NCBI GenBank assembly: GCA_004431415.1
Contig: QPMI01000609.1
Span: 124,001-188,000 of the forward strand
Source of the DNA: Cyanophora paradoxa CCMP329
Taxonomy: Eukaryota > Plantae > Glaucophyta
DNA length: 64,000 nucleotides
Direction: 5' to 3'
The stretch's first letter is position 1. Each line of letters begins with the position of its first letter. A program made the position numbers and the translations under genes. This document shows, piece after piece, positions 36,145 to 48,433 of this stretch. The notes under the pieces are model-generated. The model searched no databases. It saw nothing but the letters and a program-made list of their open reading frames with translations, and was not told the origin of the DNA.

Positions 36145-38517
36145 CCTGCCGCAGGTGAGCGGGACGATCGACGTGGACCGACTGGACTACCTCAACCGCG
36201 ACAAGTTCTACTACACCAGCGAGAAGCCCGTCGACCCCTCCACCATGTCACGGTCCGCCCTCCCTCCCTCCCTCGCCCCTCCGCTTGAGGGCGGACCACG
36301 CCTTTCTAGAGGTGGTTTTAGAGGACAGTAGGCGCAGCCTAGCTGAGCGTAGCTTAGTGCCAATCTGCAGGCCCCTCGAGGGTCCCTACAGGCTCTCCCC
36401 GCTAAGCCTTCCTTCCCCCGCGGCGGGCGCGCAGGCTGCTGAAGTCGGTGCGGGTGGTGCGGGGCCGCCTGGCCTTCCGCGTGGAGTGCGAGGCGGACCT
36501 CGCGAACTGCCTCCTCCCGGGGCGCTCCCGCATGGACGGCTTCTACCGCATCTACAACGACCCCGTCATCAAGGCGCGCCCCGCGAGCCTTCCTGCTCCT
36601 GCCTGCCTGCTAGCCTTCCTTTGCTGACCGTCCGCGGGGCGGGCGCCGGCGCAGGGGGTGGAGTGGATGCTGGGGCACGCGATGCGCCTCGCCGACGACG
36701 CCCTCCAGGTACCCCCTTTCTCCGCCCCCCCCCCCCATCCCTCCCCGTACCCCTCCGTTCGAGCTCGGCTGCAGTTCAGCTTCAAGGCGACGATGGCGGC
36801 GAGCGGCGGCGTCGACCCCGCCTCCTCCTGGCGCGCCCGAAGCTAGCTAGCTAGCCAGCTAGCTTTAAGTGACGCCGGGCCCGGGCCCGGGGCCCGGGGC
36901 GCAGGTTCATGTCGCTGGTGGACTCGAGCCTGAAGCAGGTGCAGTACCTCTCCGACGCCGAGATCGACGCCCGCTGGCCCGGCCGCGAGAGCAAGGTCCG
37001 GCCCCCCTCTTCTTACTCTTAAGCTTAAGCCTCTTCTTGGAGCGCTTAGCGGGCGGCAGGTGGCGGCGGCGCGCCTGCGGGAGGCCCGCGAGCTCCTCCT
37101 GCGCCTTGCCAGCTGCGACCACTACCCGTGCGCGCCCAAACGAATAAAAGGCCAAGAAGAGCTAAGCTTAAGAGAGATAAGCTTAATTAAGCTGGTACTA
37201 AGCCTGAGAAGCCAAGCTGGCTTAGCCAAAAAACTTCAAGGGCTACTGCTAGTCTTAGCCCTTGAAGTGTTTTGGCTAAGCTCAGCTCAGGTACACGGCG
37301 ACGGCGGAGCTGCAGCCGGAGCGGAAGCCCGAGCGGAGGCGGCTGCAGGCGGCCGTCCGCGCGGCGGTCGCCGAGCGCGCGAACCTCAAGCTCCAGCGCC
37401 TGGGCAGGTGTGTATTTGTACGCTTCTTAATCTTGAGCCTAAGCTTAAGTCTATGCGGCCACTGCAGCCGGGAGCGGATCGCGGAGGACCAGCTGGAGGC
37501 GCACATGGCGGTGGTGGGGTACGGCAACGGCGGGCGCTCGCCCCTCGAGGGCCTCGCCTTCTACCGCGAGGACGCGCGCGGGGCCCGCGTCCTCGTACCC
37601 CACGCCCCCGAGGTCCTCCGCGTCCAGGCGAGCCCGAATCGTGCGGGATCAAATCTAACTGGAATCGAATTTGATCCGCGGGCACGCGCGCGCAGGAGCC
37701 CGTGGCATGGGAGTCCCACACGCTGCGGCTCTACGTATCGAGCCCGCGCCCCTCCGACCTCCAGGCGAGGCCCCCGCCCCCTTTCCTTTCCCTATCTATC
37801 TCCTCCCTCTCAGCTTCGGGGCAGGTGCGGGCGGTGCGGGAGGCCTTCGGGGAGGTCCTCAAGTCGGACCCCACCCGCTGGGGCTTCCTCCGCATGGTCG
37901 GCGAGGGCCTCTCCCCGGAAGAACCCCTCGACGCCGAGCCGTCCCAGGCCCCGGCCCAAGCAACGGCTGGGCCGCGCGCCTCCTCGTCCTCGTCCTCCTC
38001 CGCGCGGCCCTCGCCGGCCGGCGCCGCGATCGACCTCTCCAGCGACGACGAGGAGGGGCGCGCGGGGGCGCGCCGCAGCGGCGGCAGCGCGGAGGACGCG
38101 GAGGAGGATGGGGAGGGCGGCTTTGGGGACGAGTTCCCGTGCACGCAGCCGGACCGCTGGCCCGACGAGCTCCTCCCGCCCTCCCAGCAGCCCGAGGAGC
38201 CCGCCTCGGACTACTTCTCGAGCCAGGCCTCCTACTCCTCCGGCTCCGGTTCGGGCTCGGGCCCTGGCCCCAGCTCGCAGCAGCAGCATCAGCCGCAGCA
38301 GCCAGCTGGCGGCCCCGCGCCCCTCCGCCGCACCGCCACCGCGGCGGCGGCGCCGGCCGGCGGGCGCCCCGGCGGGAAGCCGACGGTGCAGACGCGAATG
38401 GAGGACTACGCGGCGGTCAAGCGCAAGCGGGAGCCCTCAGACAAGGAGAAAGAGGCGGCGCCCCGCGGGGCGGGCCCCGCCCCCTCCAAGCGGCCCGCCC
38501 TCGCCGGGGGCCGGTAG
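34408..38517 (+). CDS. SAMHD1-like HD-domain dNTP triphosphohydrolase (no SAM domain) with a disordered C-terminal tail
   Basis: FR|DPIHGEI, QRLRDLQQLGGASYV, HDRLQHSVGV, AGLLHDLGHAMFSHTFE, HEE, IDVDRLDYLNRD, IYNDPVIK; all HD-family metal-binding motifs are present after splicing. Confidence 0.9.
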
Positions 38518-38741
38518 GCGGGTGACCGGCCCCATTCTTTGAAGAAGAACAGAGAGGGCGCGTGTACAGATCCTTGGCGCGAGAACGAGCCGGGTGGCAT
38601 GGGGCGGGGAGGGGGGGGGGGGGGGGGGGGGGGGGGCATGGCGCCGACGGGTGTGGGACCGCGCCGTGAACTCGAAGGGTACGGGGCCACGGCCGCGGAG
38701 CCGAAGCTTGGTAATGCCGAGGAAGGGATGGCGGTGGCGGG

Positions 38742-39526
38742 TCATGGGGGCAGGGCGCCGGAGCGCGTGAGGAGGAGGCCGACGGGTACGTCGTGCACGA
38801 GGACGGGTACAGCGTCCACCACCTGACGTCAGCCCGTCAGCCCGGCGCACGGCGGGCGCCGTCATTGCGGGCGGCCGCGGGCCGCACCTGCGCTTCCAGG
38901 CAGACGGCGATGAAGGGCGGAGGGGGCAATCCAGATCGGGCCCTGGCTGCCGCGAGCCCAGCCAGGAACCTGCGCGCGCGAGCGATCAGGTCCAGGGACG
39001 CAGCGGGCGCCGCCGCGCGCCGCACTTGTCGTAGTAGCGCTTCCCATGGCCGAGCCTGCAGCAGGAGCGGTCGAAGGCGAGGCCGGGCACGAGCACGAGG
39101 TCGAGTTCCGCCGCGGCCGCCCGCTCGCCGTCCAGCGGCGGCGTCGGGATGCCCCACGAGTCCCGCGGTAGCGCCTCGTACGCCTCGAGCGACGGGACGC
39201 GCAGCATGGCGATCTCCCCCGCAGCCGCGTCCACGGCTGGCAAGAAAAGCCGCCGCCCGGACGAGAGCGCGTCACGGACCACCGCGTCCAGCGAGAGCTC
39301 CCCGGCCATTGCGGCGTACGCCGCGACGGATCGCGCTGTGGCGTACTGCCGGGCGGTCAGCTGGGCTCCCGCGCGAGCGCTGGGGGCTGGCGGGGCGCGC
39401 CTCGGTTCGTTGCAGGACGAGCTCGCAAACACGCGCGCTCTCCTCCGCGACCCTGGCCGGCTCCAGAGCCGCAACTCGCGCGCGGATCTCGCGCCGCAGC
39501 GCACGCTTAAGCTCCTGCACCGACAT
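38742..39526 (-). CDS. MTHFS: 5-formyltetrahydrofolate cyclo-ligase
   Basis: KRALRREIRARV, LFLPAV, WGIPTP, LDLVLVPGLAFDRSCCRLGHGKRYYDK, VPVLVHDVPV. Confidence 0.93.
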
Positions 39527-39770
39527 CGGCTCGCCGCCGCAGGCGACGGCTGCCTATTGACTGCAACGGTGCTTCTGGTACGAACTTCTGTGGCGGAAAT
39601 ACTGCAATTGCAAGTGCGTCTGAGCGCCAACGCACCGTACCCCGGCAGCGCGGCTCGAGCGCGAATTCGAAGCACGCGAAGGCACTGCGGTGTCGGGTTT
39701 CGAGCGCAGCAGTAGCGCGGAGTTTGGAGCGTGGAAGTTGAGCGCCCGGCCAGCGTGAATCGGAGGCGAG

Positions 39771-42700
39771 ATGGCGAGCCCAGCAGAAGAGCTGGGCCGC
39801 AAGTTTGACACGAAGTTCGACAGAGGCGATGACTGCGTCCAGTTCCGCTCGAGGATGATTGCGGCGCTGCGCGAGCTCGGCCCCGGCACGCACCAGCTCA
39901 GCGCTTTTTCGAAGGCCTGGGAAGGAACGGGCGACATCGCCGACTTCCAGGCGCGTCTCATCGCGAGCTGCTCGCGGCCGGGCGGCTGACGGTCGCCGCG
40001 CAGGTCGAGTTCCTGGATCTGCTTCAAACCCTGACGCCTGGCGCCGAGCCGGTCGAGGAGACCTGCGTGGAGATGGCGCTGCGCGCCTTTGTTCCCGGCT
40101 TCGTCGCGGAGTTCAGCGCGAGTGCTGGAACGATCACGGTCGACGGGCGGATCCAGGAGCTGAGCGACGATGCGGCGCCGCTCGACGCGGCGCGCGCGAA
40201 GGAGCTCGTCGGGCTTCTGTGGCCCAAGCTCGCCGCCAGGCACGGCGGCTCCGTTCCCCTGCGGGCCATGGAGACCGAGTGGCAGCGAGCCTGCGGGAAG
40301 ACATACGCCGAGAGCGCCGCGGGAAGCAGCAGCGCGCCGCCTTCCCTCCGCGAGGCCGTCGACGCGGCTCTGGGCCCGGCAATCCACTCGCAGTCCGCCC
40401 CGGGTGCCGAGGGCGGGTTGGTCTTTCGCGCCGCCCCCAGCGGGGCCGCCGCGCCGGCCCCCGCGGCCTCCGGCGCCCCCGCCGCTGCCGCCGCGCCCGC
40501 AGCGAAGAAGCGCATGCCCCCGCCGCCCGTCGCGACGCCGGCCGTAGCAGCCCCTGTCGCCGCAGCGGCGCCCGCTGCCGCCGAGGTCCCCGCGGCGGCA
40601 GCCCCTGCAGCAGCCGCGGGAGCCAAGCGCTCCCGGCCCGCCATTCCCGCCCCAGCGGCGAAGCCGGCCGCTCCTCCTCCGCCCCCGTCGCCCTCGGCCG
40701 CGGCGGCGGCGAAGCGAATGAAGACGGCACCCGTCGCTCCGGCGGCACCCGCGGCGGCGGCGGCAGCAGCAGCAGCAGCGGCGCCGTCGCCGGCAGACGG
40801 GGCGGGCGCCCCGAAGAAGCGGATCCTGAAGCTGCCCGTCTCGTCGTCGCCCTCTTCGTCGTCCACCCCCGCCCCCACCCCGCGCTCGCCGGCCGCGAAG
40901 CGCCTCCGCCCCACCCCGGCCCCGGCGGCGCCCGCCTCCTCCGCCGCCTCCGCCTCCGGCAGCGGGCGGCCGGACCTCCTGGCGGCCGTCCGCCGGCGCC
41001 TCTTCGAGACGGCCATCGCCGAGTGGCGGGCCCTCCAGCGGCCCGAGTGGGTGCGCCTCGCCCCGCCCCGCCCCGCCCGCGGACCGCGCCTGAGAGACCG
41101 CGGTCCACAGGTGCCCCTCGAGAAGGTGGCCGCACGCTACGCGAAGCTCGTGGGGCACGACCCCCAGCAAGGTGCCCAGCTTTTCTGTCCTTGCTTTGAG
41201 GCGCGCGCGCCTCCTTCCAGGCTGACGGACGGTCCCAGACCTGGGCGAGGGCGCGCCGACCCTCCACCAGTTCGTGCGGCTCCACCTCGAGCGCTTCCTC
41301 GTCCTCAAGCAGGCGCTCTCTCTTGCCTTCTTGACCTCTATCTTCTCCTTCTTCGTTCTTAAAGGCGTGCGCAGACGGGGCGCGGGCTGCCGGCCGCCTC
41401 GTCCTCCTCGGCGCCCGCGGCGGACCACCAGCTCTTCGCCGTCTCGCCCCTGACGGAGGCCTCGCCCGAGGCCTTCCCGGCGCCCCCCGCCGCCCCCACG
41501 CGGAACCGCCTGCTGCTGCGGGTGCTCGGCGTGCTCCGGGACCTTCCGCTGCAGCCGCGGGCGCTCCGGGGCGTGCCAGCGGCAGCCATGGCGTACCAGC
41601 GCGCGTACGGGGCGCCGCTGGCCTCGCACCTGAACGCCCCGCCCGAGGCGGAGGCGGGAGGGATCCTGGAGGCGCTGCGGGAGCTGGCGGGGGCCTACGT
41701 AGAGTTTCCGGCGGCGTCGGCGGCGGCGGGGGCGGCCGGGGCCGACTCGCACGCGCTGGCGCGCTTCAAGGGCAAGCGCGGGGCCGCCGCCGTCGACGAG
41801 CTCGCGAGGCTCGCAGGTCCGCCCCGCCCGCCCGCCCTCCTCCCATCCGCTCGCCCGCTCACCCCGCCCGCCTCGCCTGGTCGCAGCCAAGCACGAGGGC
41901 CTGACGGTCCCCGCCTTCTCTGCCGGCAAGAAGCCTGCGGCGGAGGCGCCGCCGACAACCGTGGCGGCGGCCGCCGCCGCGCCGGCGGGCAGGCGGGGCG
42001 TCGTCTCGCTGGCGGGGATCGCCCGCGGCTCGCCGGGGCCGTCCTCCGCGCCCCTCTCGGTCCGCTCCGCCGCGTCCGCCGGCAAAGCCCCCGCCTCGCC
42101 CGCCAAGCCGGCCGCCGCCGCGAAGCCCAAGGCCGGGCCGCGGCCTCGGCCGCGGCCGCGAAGAAGAAGGAGGCCGGCGCCGGCGCCGGCGCCGGGGGCC
42201 TCGCGGAGCGCCTGAAGGCCAAAGTTGAGGCGAGGCTGGGCGGCCGGGCCGCGCCGCGGGCTGTGGCGGCCCGGGCCGAGACCGGGGACGCGGACGGGGA
42301 CGACGAGGCCCCCGCCCCGCCCCGCGCCCGACCCGCCGCCGCCCCCACCGCGACCCTCGCCACCCTCGCCGCCCGCCGCCTGGCCGGCGCCGCCCCCGCC
42401 GCTCGCGCCTCCCTCCTCCGGCCCGCCTCGGCCGGGTCGCCCCGTGCGCCGCGTGCGCCCCCGCGCCCCGCCCCGCCGCGGCGCCGTTGACGGTCTCGCG
42501 CAGGGGCCATCTCGACCGGTATCGCATCGACGGGCCGCCTCTCGGCGGACATAGCGGCGCGCCTCTCGCGGCCGCTGCCGCTGCCCCTCCGGCGTGCGGC
42601 CGCTGCCGCGCCCTACGAGGAGGAGGATGACGAGGAGGAGGACGGCGATCTTGCGTACGGGGAAGAGGAGGAGGAGGCCTACGAGGACGAGGAGGAGGCG

Positions 42701-44150
42701 GGGGCGCTGCGCCCCGGCGAGGTATCCCCCTTCCGCCCGCGACGAAGTCGAGAAGCTGACGGGCCGGCAGCTCGTCGTCGTGGGCGAGGACGGACAGGAG
42801 TACGTCCTGATGCCCCGCGCCGCCGTCGCCGGCCCCGGCGGCGGCGCCGCCGCCGTCCGCCGCCCCGCGCCGGCTCCGGCCCTCTACGACGAGGAGGAGG
42901 AGGGGTACGGGGACGCCGAGGAGGAGGAGGGGTACGAGGAAGAAGCGGGCGCCTCCTGGCCCCCCGCCCCGCGCCGGGGCCCGGCCCTGGCCGCCCGCGC
43001 GCCCTCCGCCGGCCCGCCTCGGCCCCCGCTCCGGCCCCCGGCCTCTACGTACCCCCGCCGCCCGCCTCTCCTCAGCCTCTTCCTCCGCCCGCCCGCGGCT
43101 CACTGCGACGTCGGCCCTCGCGGCCGCCGCCCGCCGCCGGGCCGTCTCGGCGACTGCAGCGGCGCCCTACCGGCCCCCCGCCGCCCGCGGGGCCGCCGCC
43201 CCCGCCGCCCCGCCACGCCCCGCCGCACCATCCCCGCCCCCGCCCCCGCCCCGCCCCCGCCCCCGGTCCGTGCCGCCTGGCCACGCCCGGCCGTGCACGC
43301 CGCCTGCCCGCTGACGCCCCACGCAGCGGCCAAGGGTCGGGTGTCGGCTCCCGCAGTGACGGAATTGAAAGCGGCCGCCGCGCCGGCCGGCGGGGCGCGC
43401 GCCCGAACCGTCTCACTCGCGCACGTACGCTCGGGCGGGGCGCCCGCGCCGTCGGCCCGGCCCGTCCCTCGCCGGGCCGGCGCGCCGGGGCCGCCGCCGC
43501 CGCCGCCGCCGCCTCGCGGCCGCGCGCGGGGGCGATAAAGCGGACGGACGAGGCGCGCTGCTTCAGGCGGGACCTCTTCGGTGTCCTCGTCCGCCTCTCG
43601 AAGGGCGCCGGCGTGGGGCGGCCCGTACCCTTCCCCGAAATCCGCGCCGGCTTCCAGCAGAAGGAGGGGCGCACCCTCGACGCCGCCGCCGCCGCCCTCA
43701 CCGCCGGCGGCGTCGCGCCCTCCCTCCCCACCCTCCTCAAGACCCTGTACCCCGCCGGGGCCGTCAGTGTGGACGCTCGGGCGGGGACGGCGGCGCTGCA
43801 GACCTTCGTGCTCCCGGACCCGACTTGGACGCAGGGGGGCAGGGCCTCCAGGGTACACGCCCACAACTTTCTCGAGGTGCGCGCGCATGTGTACCCCGGA
43901 CGGGGGCGCGACGGCGAGCGACATCGTTGACGTGTTCCGCGCGCAGGGCCTAGGCGCCGGACTCTTCTTGGCGGGCGGCGAAGCGGAGGCGGAAGCGGAG
44001 GCGGAGGAGGCGGGGGCCGGGGACCTGGAGGGGTACGAGGCGGCCGGGGACGCGTACGGCGATTTCGAAGGGGCGGACGCCGACGGGGCGGACGGGGGGT
44101 TGGAGGGCCCCGCCGGGGGGGGCGAGGAGGCGGTCTTGGAGGAGCACTAG
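39771..44150 (+). CDS. Large Ala/Pro-rich protein with ~4 small winged-helix (LOTUS/OST-HTH-like) modules
   Basis: Repeated pattern helix-(V)P(L/F)xx(x)xxx(Y/W/F)xxxxG-x-helix: GSVPLRAMETEWQRACGKTY, VPLEKVAARYAKLVGHD, VPAAAMAYQRAYGAPL, PVPFPEIRAGFQQKEGRTL; the domain call is inference. Confidence 0.55.
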
Positions 44151-44519
44151 TACTGAGCCCGCGTGCAGCCGTGCGCGATGGCCCCGCCTGCGCCTGCGCC
44201 GCGCCGCTGGCCGTCCCCCAGGCCGGGCCCAGCTGGTCCAAGCGCTTCGAAGCTGTGCGCAATGCAAAAAGTTAATGTGCTTGGCATCCGATGGTAAAAA
44301 AGAATCGAACTTCGGAACGCGGCCGTGGAATTGGGGAGCGTACGTAGACAGTACTACTAAGTAGTACTATATAGCTACGATACCACGAGAAGCCGCACGG
44401 CCCGGCGGCCCTGCCAGGCTGATCTAGCCCCGGGCCCCGCGGCCGGCCCCCGCCGGCCCCCCGGCCCGGAGCCCGGGGCCCTGCGTTTTTTTGCAAAAAT
44501 GGACGTCGCATTGATACAC

Positions 44520-44882
44520 CACGGCACATGTATCAATGTTCTACGTGACGTGCCCTTCCGACCGGTCATCTATCTAGCCGAAGATGCTAGCTAGGTGCCG
44601 GCCATGGGTCGCTCAATATGGGAGGTTCGCCTGAGTGGGGGAGCCATGGTTTTCGGTGATAGCCGTAACCAGACCCGCGCGCCCACCCCTTGATCAACTC
44701 CTCCATCCACAGCGAGAATCAGCTCGGGTTGAGCTCGAGTAAAACCCGAGATAGCATTTTACCGAAAGTGCCATGCAAGGATGAGCCCGAAATACCATCT
44801 GAGCTCATCTCGGCAGGCATCTAAGCTTATTTAAGCTTATCTCGCAGGCCTGTGACCGGAGCACCCGTGCACCCGTGCCGCG
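44520..44882. mobile_element. Possible degenerate CAC-ended (CMC/CACTA-like) MITE
   Basis: Imperfect TIR CACGGCAC..CCGGTCA / TGACCGG..GTGCCGCG, flanked by CAC at 44517-44519 and 44883-44885. Confidence 0.25.
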
Positions 44883-46069
44883 CACCCACCCGGGTGACCA
44901 GCGAGCAGCCAATCTCGATTGCACTCACTCTCTAGCTAGCTAGCTAGCTATCAGATGCCTATGGTCTCGCTAGCTAGCTAGCTACAGCTACATCGCGCCT
45001 CGTTGACCAACTCTTAGCGCAGCGCAGCGCCATCGCCCACTTGTCCCAGCCGCCGGCGCCGCTCCATGTGCTCCACCACATCCGCGGCGCCTCGTTGCGC
45101 GTGCCGCGGTGCCGCCAGGCGCCTGCACGCGCGAAGTCAAGGCAAGGCGCGGCGCCTAAAGCTCAGCGCGGGACGGGAAGCTATAGGATGGACCGGCCTG
45201 GCGCGCTTGCTAGGAAGCATTGCGCATGCTAGCTAACGTGGCGCAGCCTGGGGCGCGCGCGTACCTGGTGCCAGAGGGACCGCGGAACGCGGAACGCAGG
45301 GAGACCAGGGCTCCTGCACGGAGTAGTCAGATCACTTAGCAAATCCGATGGCAGGACGGTTTCTTGGGCACTTGTTCGAACCTGCCATCGCGTCTCGGTC
45401 CAGAGCGTCGGAATTCGCGTCTCGGTGCTCGGAAGGGTTGCTGTCCGCCCTCAAGAGCTAGTTAGCCAGCGTGGCACCAAGTGGACGGCGGGAGACCGAC
45501 CGCGGCGGGTGTCCGTTGAAGCCGATGAACGGAAGCCGATGAACAAGGACCTGCGCGTGAAGAGGACAAGAATGCGCTACGAGTCGCGGTTCAATGCTGT
45601 TGCTCGGGCGGCGGCCAGCGAGGCCTGCGGGACGAAGACGTTGACGAAGGCTTTTTGGATGTGTACCCTGTCCAATTGCGTACTGGTACCCCGGTCCCGC
45701 AGCTGCATTGCTGCTGCAACCATGTGCAACGGTCCCGCAGCTGCATCCCATCGTGCAGCTGAGCGCGTGCAAGCATACGTGTGCGAGGATGCCAAGGATG
45801 CCAAGAACTGGCGCGGCAACCGATACACAGCCCGAGCAGCTAGCGAGCGAAAAGCTTCGTGCGTGCCAATTCTAATACAATCTCTCGTGTATAAGTCCCC
45901 AGGGCTGAGTACTCCGTGGCGCAGGGCGACTCGGCGACGCAGCGCAGATGCTGACGCAGCGCGATCCATGCGGGGACCCGCCCCTCCGGCAAGCGATATG
46001 AACATTTCGTACCATGCTCAGAAGTTTTCTCATAGACAAGTCATGGGGCCGCCGCATAGGGCCGAGGCG

Positions 46070-47730
46070 CGGCCAGGCGGAGCGGAGGCGCGGCGGCGCG
46101 GCTCGCCGGGCGGGGCAGAGGCGCAGCGGGCGGCTGGGCACTCTCGTCGGGCGGCGCGGGAGGTGCGGCGGGAGGCGGCGAGGCTCGCCGCACGCGGCGG
46201 AGGCGCGGCGGGCGGCGGCGCGGCTCTCCGGGCGGGGCGGAGGCGCAGCTGGCGGCGGCGAGGCTCGCCGCACGGAGCGGGAGGTGCGGCGGGAGGCGCT
46301 GCGGCTCACGGGGAGAGGCGAAGGCGCGGCGGGCGGCGGCGAGGCTCTCCGGGCGGGGCGGAGGCGCGGCGGGCGGCGGGGCATCTCGCCGGGCGGGGCG
46401 GGAGGCGCGGCGGGCGGCGGGGCATCTTGCCGGGCGGTGCGGGAGGTGCGGCGGGCGGCGACGAGGCTCGCCGCACGCGGCGGAGGCGCAGCGGGCGGCG
46501 GCGAGGCTCACCGGGCGGGGCGGGAGGCGCGGCGGGCGGCGGGGCATCTTGCCGGGCGGTGCGGGAGGTGCGGCGGGCGGCGACGAGGCTCGCCGCACGC
46601 GGCGGAGGCGCGTCGGGCGGCGGAGGCTCTCCGGGCGGGGCGGAGGCGCGGCGGGCGGCGGGGCATCTCGCCGGGCGGTGCGCGAGGCGCGGCGGGCGGC
46701 GACGAGGCTCGCCGCACGCGGCGGAGGCGCGGCGGGCGGCGGGGCATCTCGCCGGGCGGGGCAGAGGCGCGGCGGGCGGCGGGGCATCTCGGCGGGCGGC
46801 GCGGGAGGCGCGGCGGGCGGCGGCGAGGCTCTCCGGGCGGGGCGGAGGCGCGGCGGGCGGCGGCGAGGCTCACCGGGCGGGGCGGAGGCGAGGCGGGCGG
46901 CGGGGCATCTCGGCGGGCGGTGCGGGAGGTGCGGCGGGCGGCGACGAAGCTCGCCGCACGCGGCGGAGGCGCAGCGGGCGGCGGGGCATCTCGCCGGGCG
47001 GGGCGGGAGGCGCGGCGGGCGGCGACGAGGCTCGCCGCACGCGGCGGAGGCGCGGCAGGCGGCGGCGAGGCTCACCGGGCGGGGCGGAGGCGAGGCGGGC
47101 GGCGGGGCATCTCGCCGGGCGGGGCGGAGGCGAGGCGGGCGGCGGGGCATCTCGGCGGGCGGCGCGGGAGGCGCGGCGGGCGGCGACGAGGCTCGCCGCA
47201 CGCGGCGGAGGCGCGGCGGGCGGCGGCGAGGCTCACCGGGCGGGGCGGAGGCGAGGCGGGCGGCGGGGCATCTCGCCGGGCGGTGCGCGAGGCGCGGCGG
47301 GCGGCGACGAGGCTCGCCGCACGCGGCGGAGGCGCGGCGGGCGGCGGGGCATCTCGCCGGGCGGGGCAGAGGCGCGGCGGGCGGCGGGGCATCTCGCCTG
47401 GCGGTGCGCGAGGCGCGGCGGGCGGCGGCGAAGCTCTCCGGGCGGGGCGGAGGCGCGGCGGGCGGCGACGAGGCTCGCCGCACGCGGCGGAGGCGAGGCG
47501 GGCGGCGGGGCATCTCGCCGGGCGGTGCGGGAGGTGCGGCGGGCGGCGACGAGGCTCGCCGCACGCGGCGGAGGCGCGGCGGGCGGCGGCGAGGCTCACC
47601 GGGCGGGGCGGAGGCGAGGCGGGCGGCGGGGCATCTCGCCGGGCGGTGCGCGAGGCGCGGCGGGCGGCGGCGAGGCTCTCCGGGCGGGGCGGAGGCGCGG
47701 CGGGCGGAGGCGCGGCGGGCGGCGGCGGGC
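46070..47730. repeat. GC-rich minisatellite of ~31-33-bp variant units in shuffled order
   Basis: Core GAGGCGCGGCGGGCGGCG followed by alternative tails GGGCATCTCGCC / ACGAGGCTCGCCGCACGC / GCGAGGCTC(T/A)CC. Confidence 0.93.
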
Positions 47731-47809
47731 GGCCCCGCCTGGCTGCTGCGCCTGCCGCTTGACTGCAGGTATACGCACTTATTTATAATATCAGCTAGCT
47801 AGCTGCTAG

Positions 47810-48075
47810 TGGCAGCCGCGGGGCGGGGCGGGGCGGGGCGGGGCAGCCGCGGGGCGGGGTGGGGCGGGGCGGGGCAGCTGCGGGGCGGGTGGGGCGGGGC
47901 GGGGCAGCCGCGGGGCGGGGTGGGCGGGGCGGGCAGCCGCGGGGCGGGGCGGGGCGGGCGGGGCAGCCGCGGGGCGGGGCGGGGCAGCCGCGGGGCGGGG
48001 CGGGGCGGGGCGGGCAGCCGCGGGGCGGGGCGGGGCGGGGCGGGGCAGCCGCGTGGCGGGGCGGGGCGGCCGCGG
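47810..48075 (+). repeat. (GGGGC)n-GCAGCCGC repeat with G-quadruplex potential
   Basis: Dozens of G3/G4 runs separated by 1-8 nt. Confidence 0.85.
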
Positions 48076-48433
48076 CGCCGGCCCGGCGACTTTAGCTGCT
48101 GGGCTTCCCCGAGGCTCTAGCCGCGTGAAGTCGCATGTTTTCCTTCTTTCTGTTTTCCGCTTTGGGATCAAGATGTACGCAGTCTAAATACTTCATTTGT
48201 ATTCAAATACCAAGCCTGAAGCTTCGCCGAACTCGTAACGTTCCGGACCGTCGGACGATGAGCAGCGCTGATCGATGTTGAAGTAGAATCGATGATGAAC
48301 TTAGAGAAGTCAGGTCTAGTACTCTATAGCTAGTCTAAAGACTCATGTTAACTTGGATCGTCCGGAACGTTCGCGCTCGCCGCGAAAATCGGTGCGCACA
48401 CTCTTAAGATACTATTCTTTCGGAATGTCACTC

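Noticed and set aside
45040-46020. Minus-strand exon-like fragments; also 12230-13860 and 57190-57681 on the + strand
   Set aside because: Splice-like signals are present, but no coherent reading frame or recognisable domain could be assembled
45425-47802. Long ORFs (787, 582, 507 aa) and similar ORFs at 1177-2549
   Set aside because: They arise from stop-free GC minisatellites open in several frames; no protein signal
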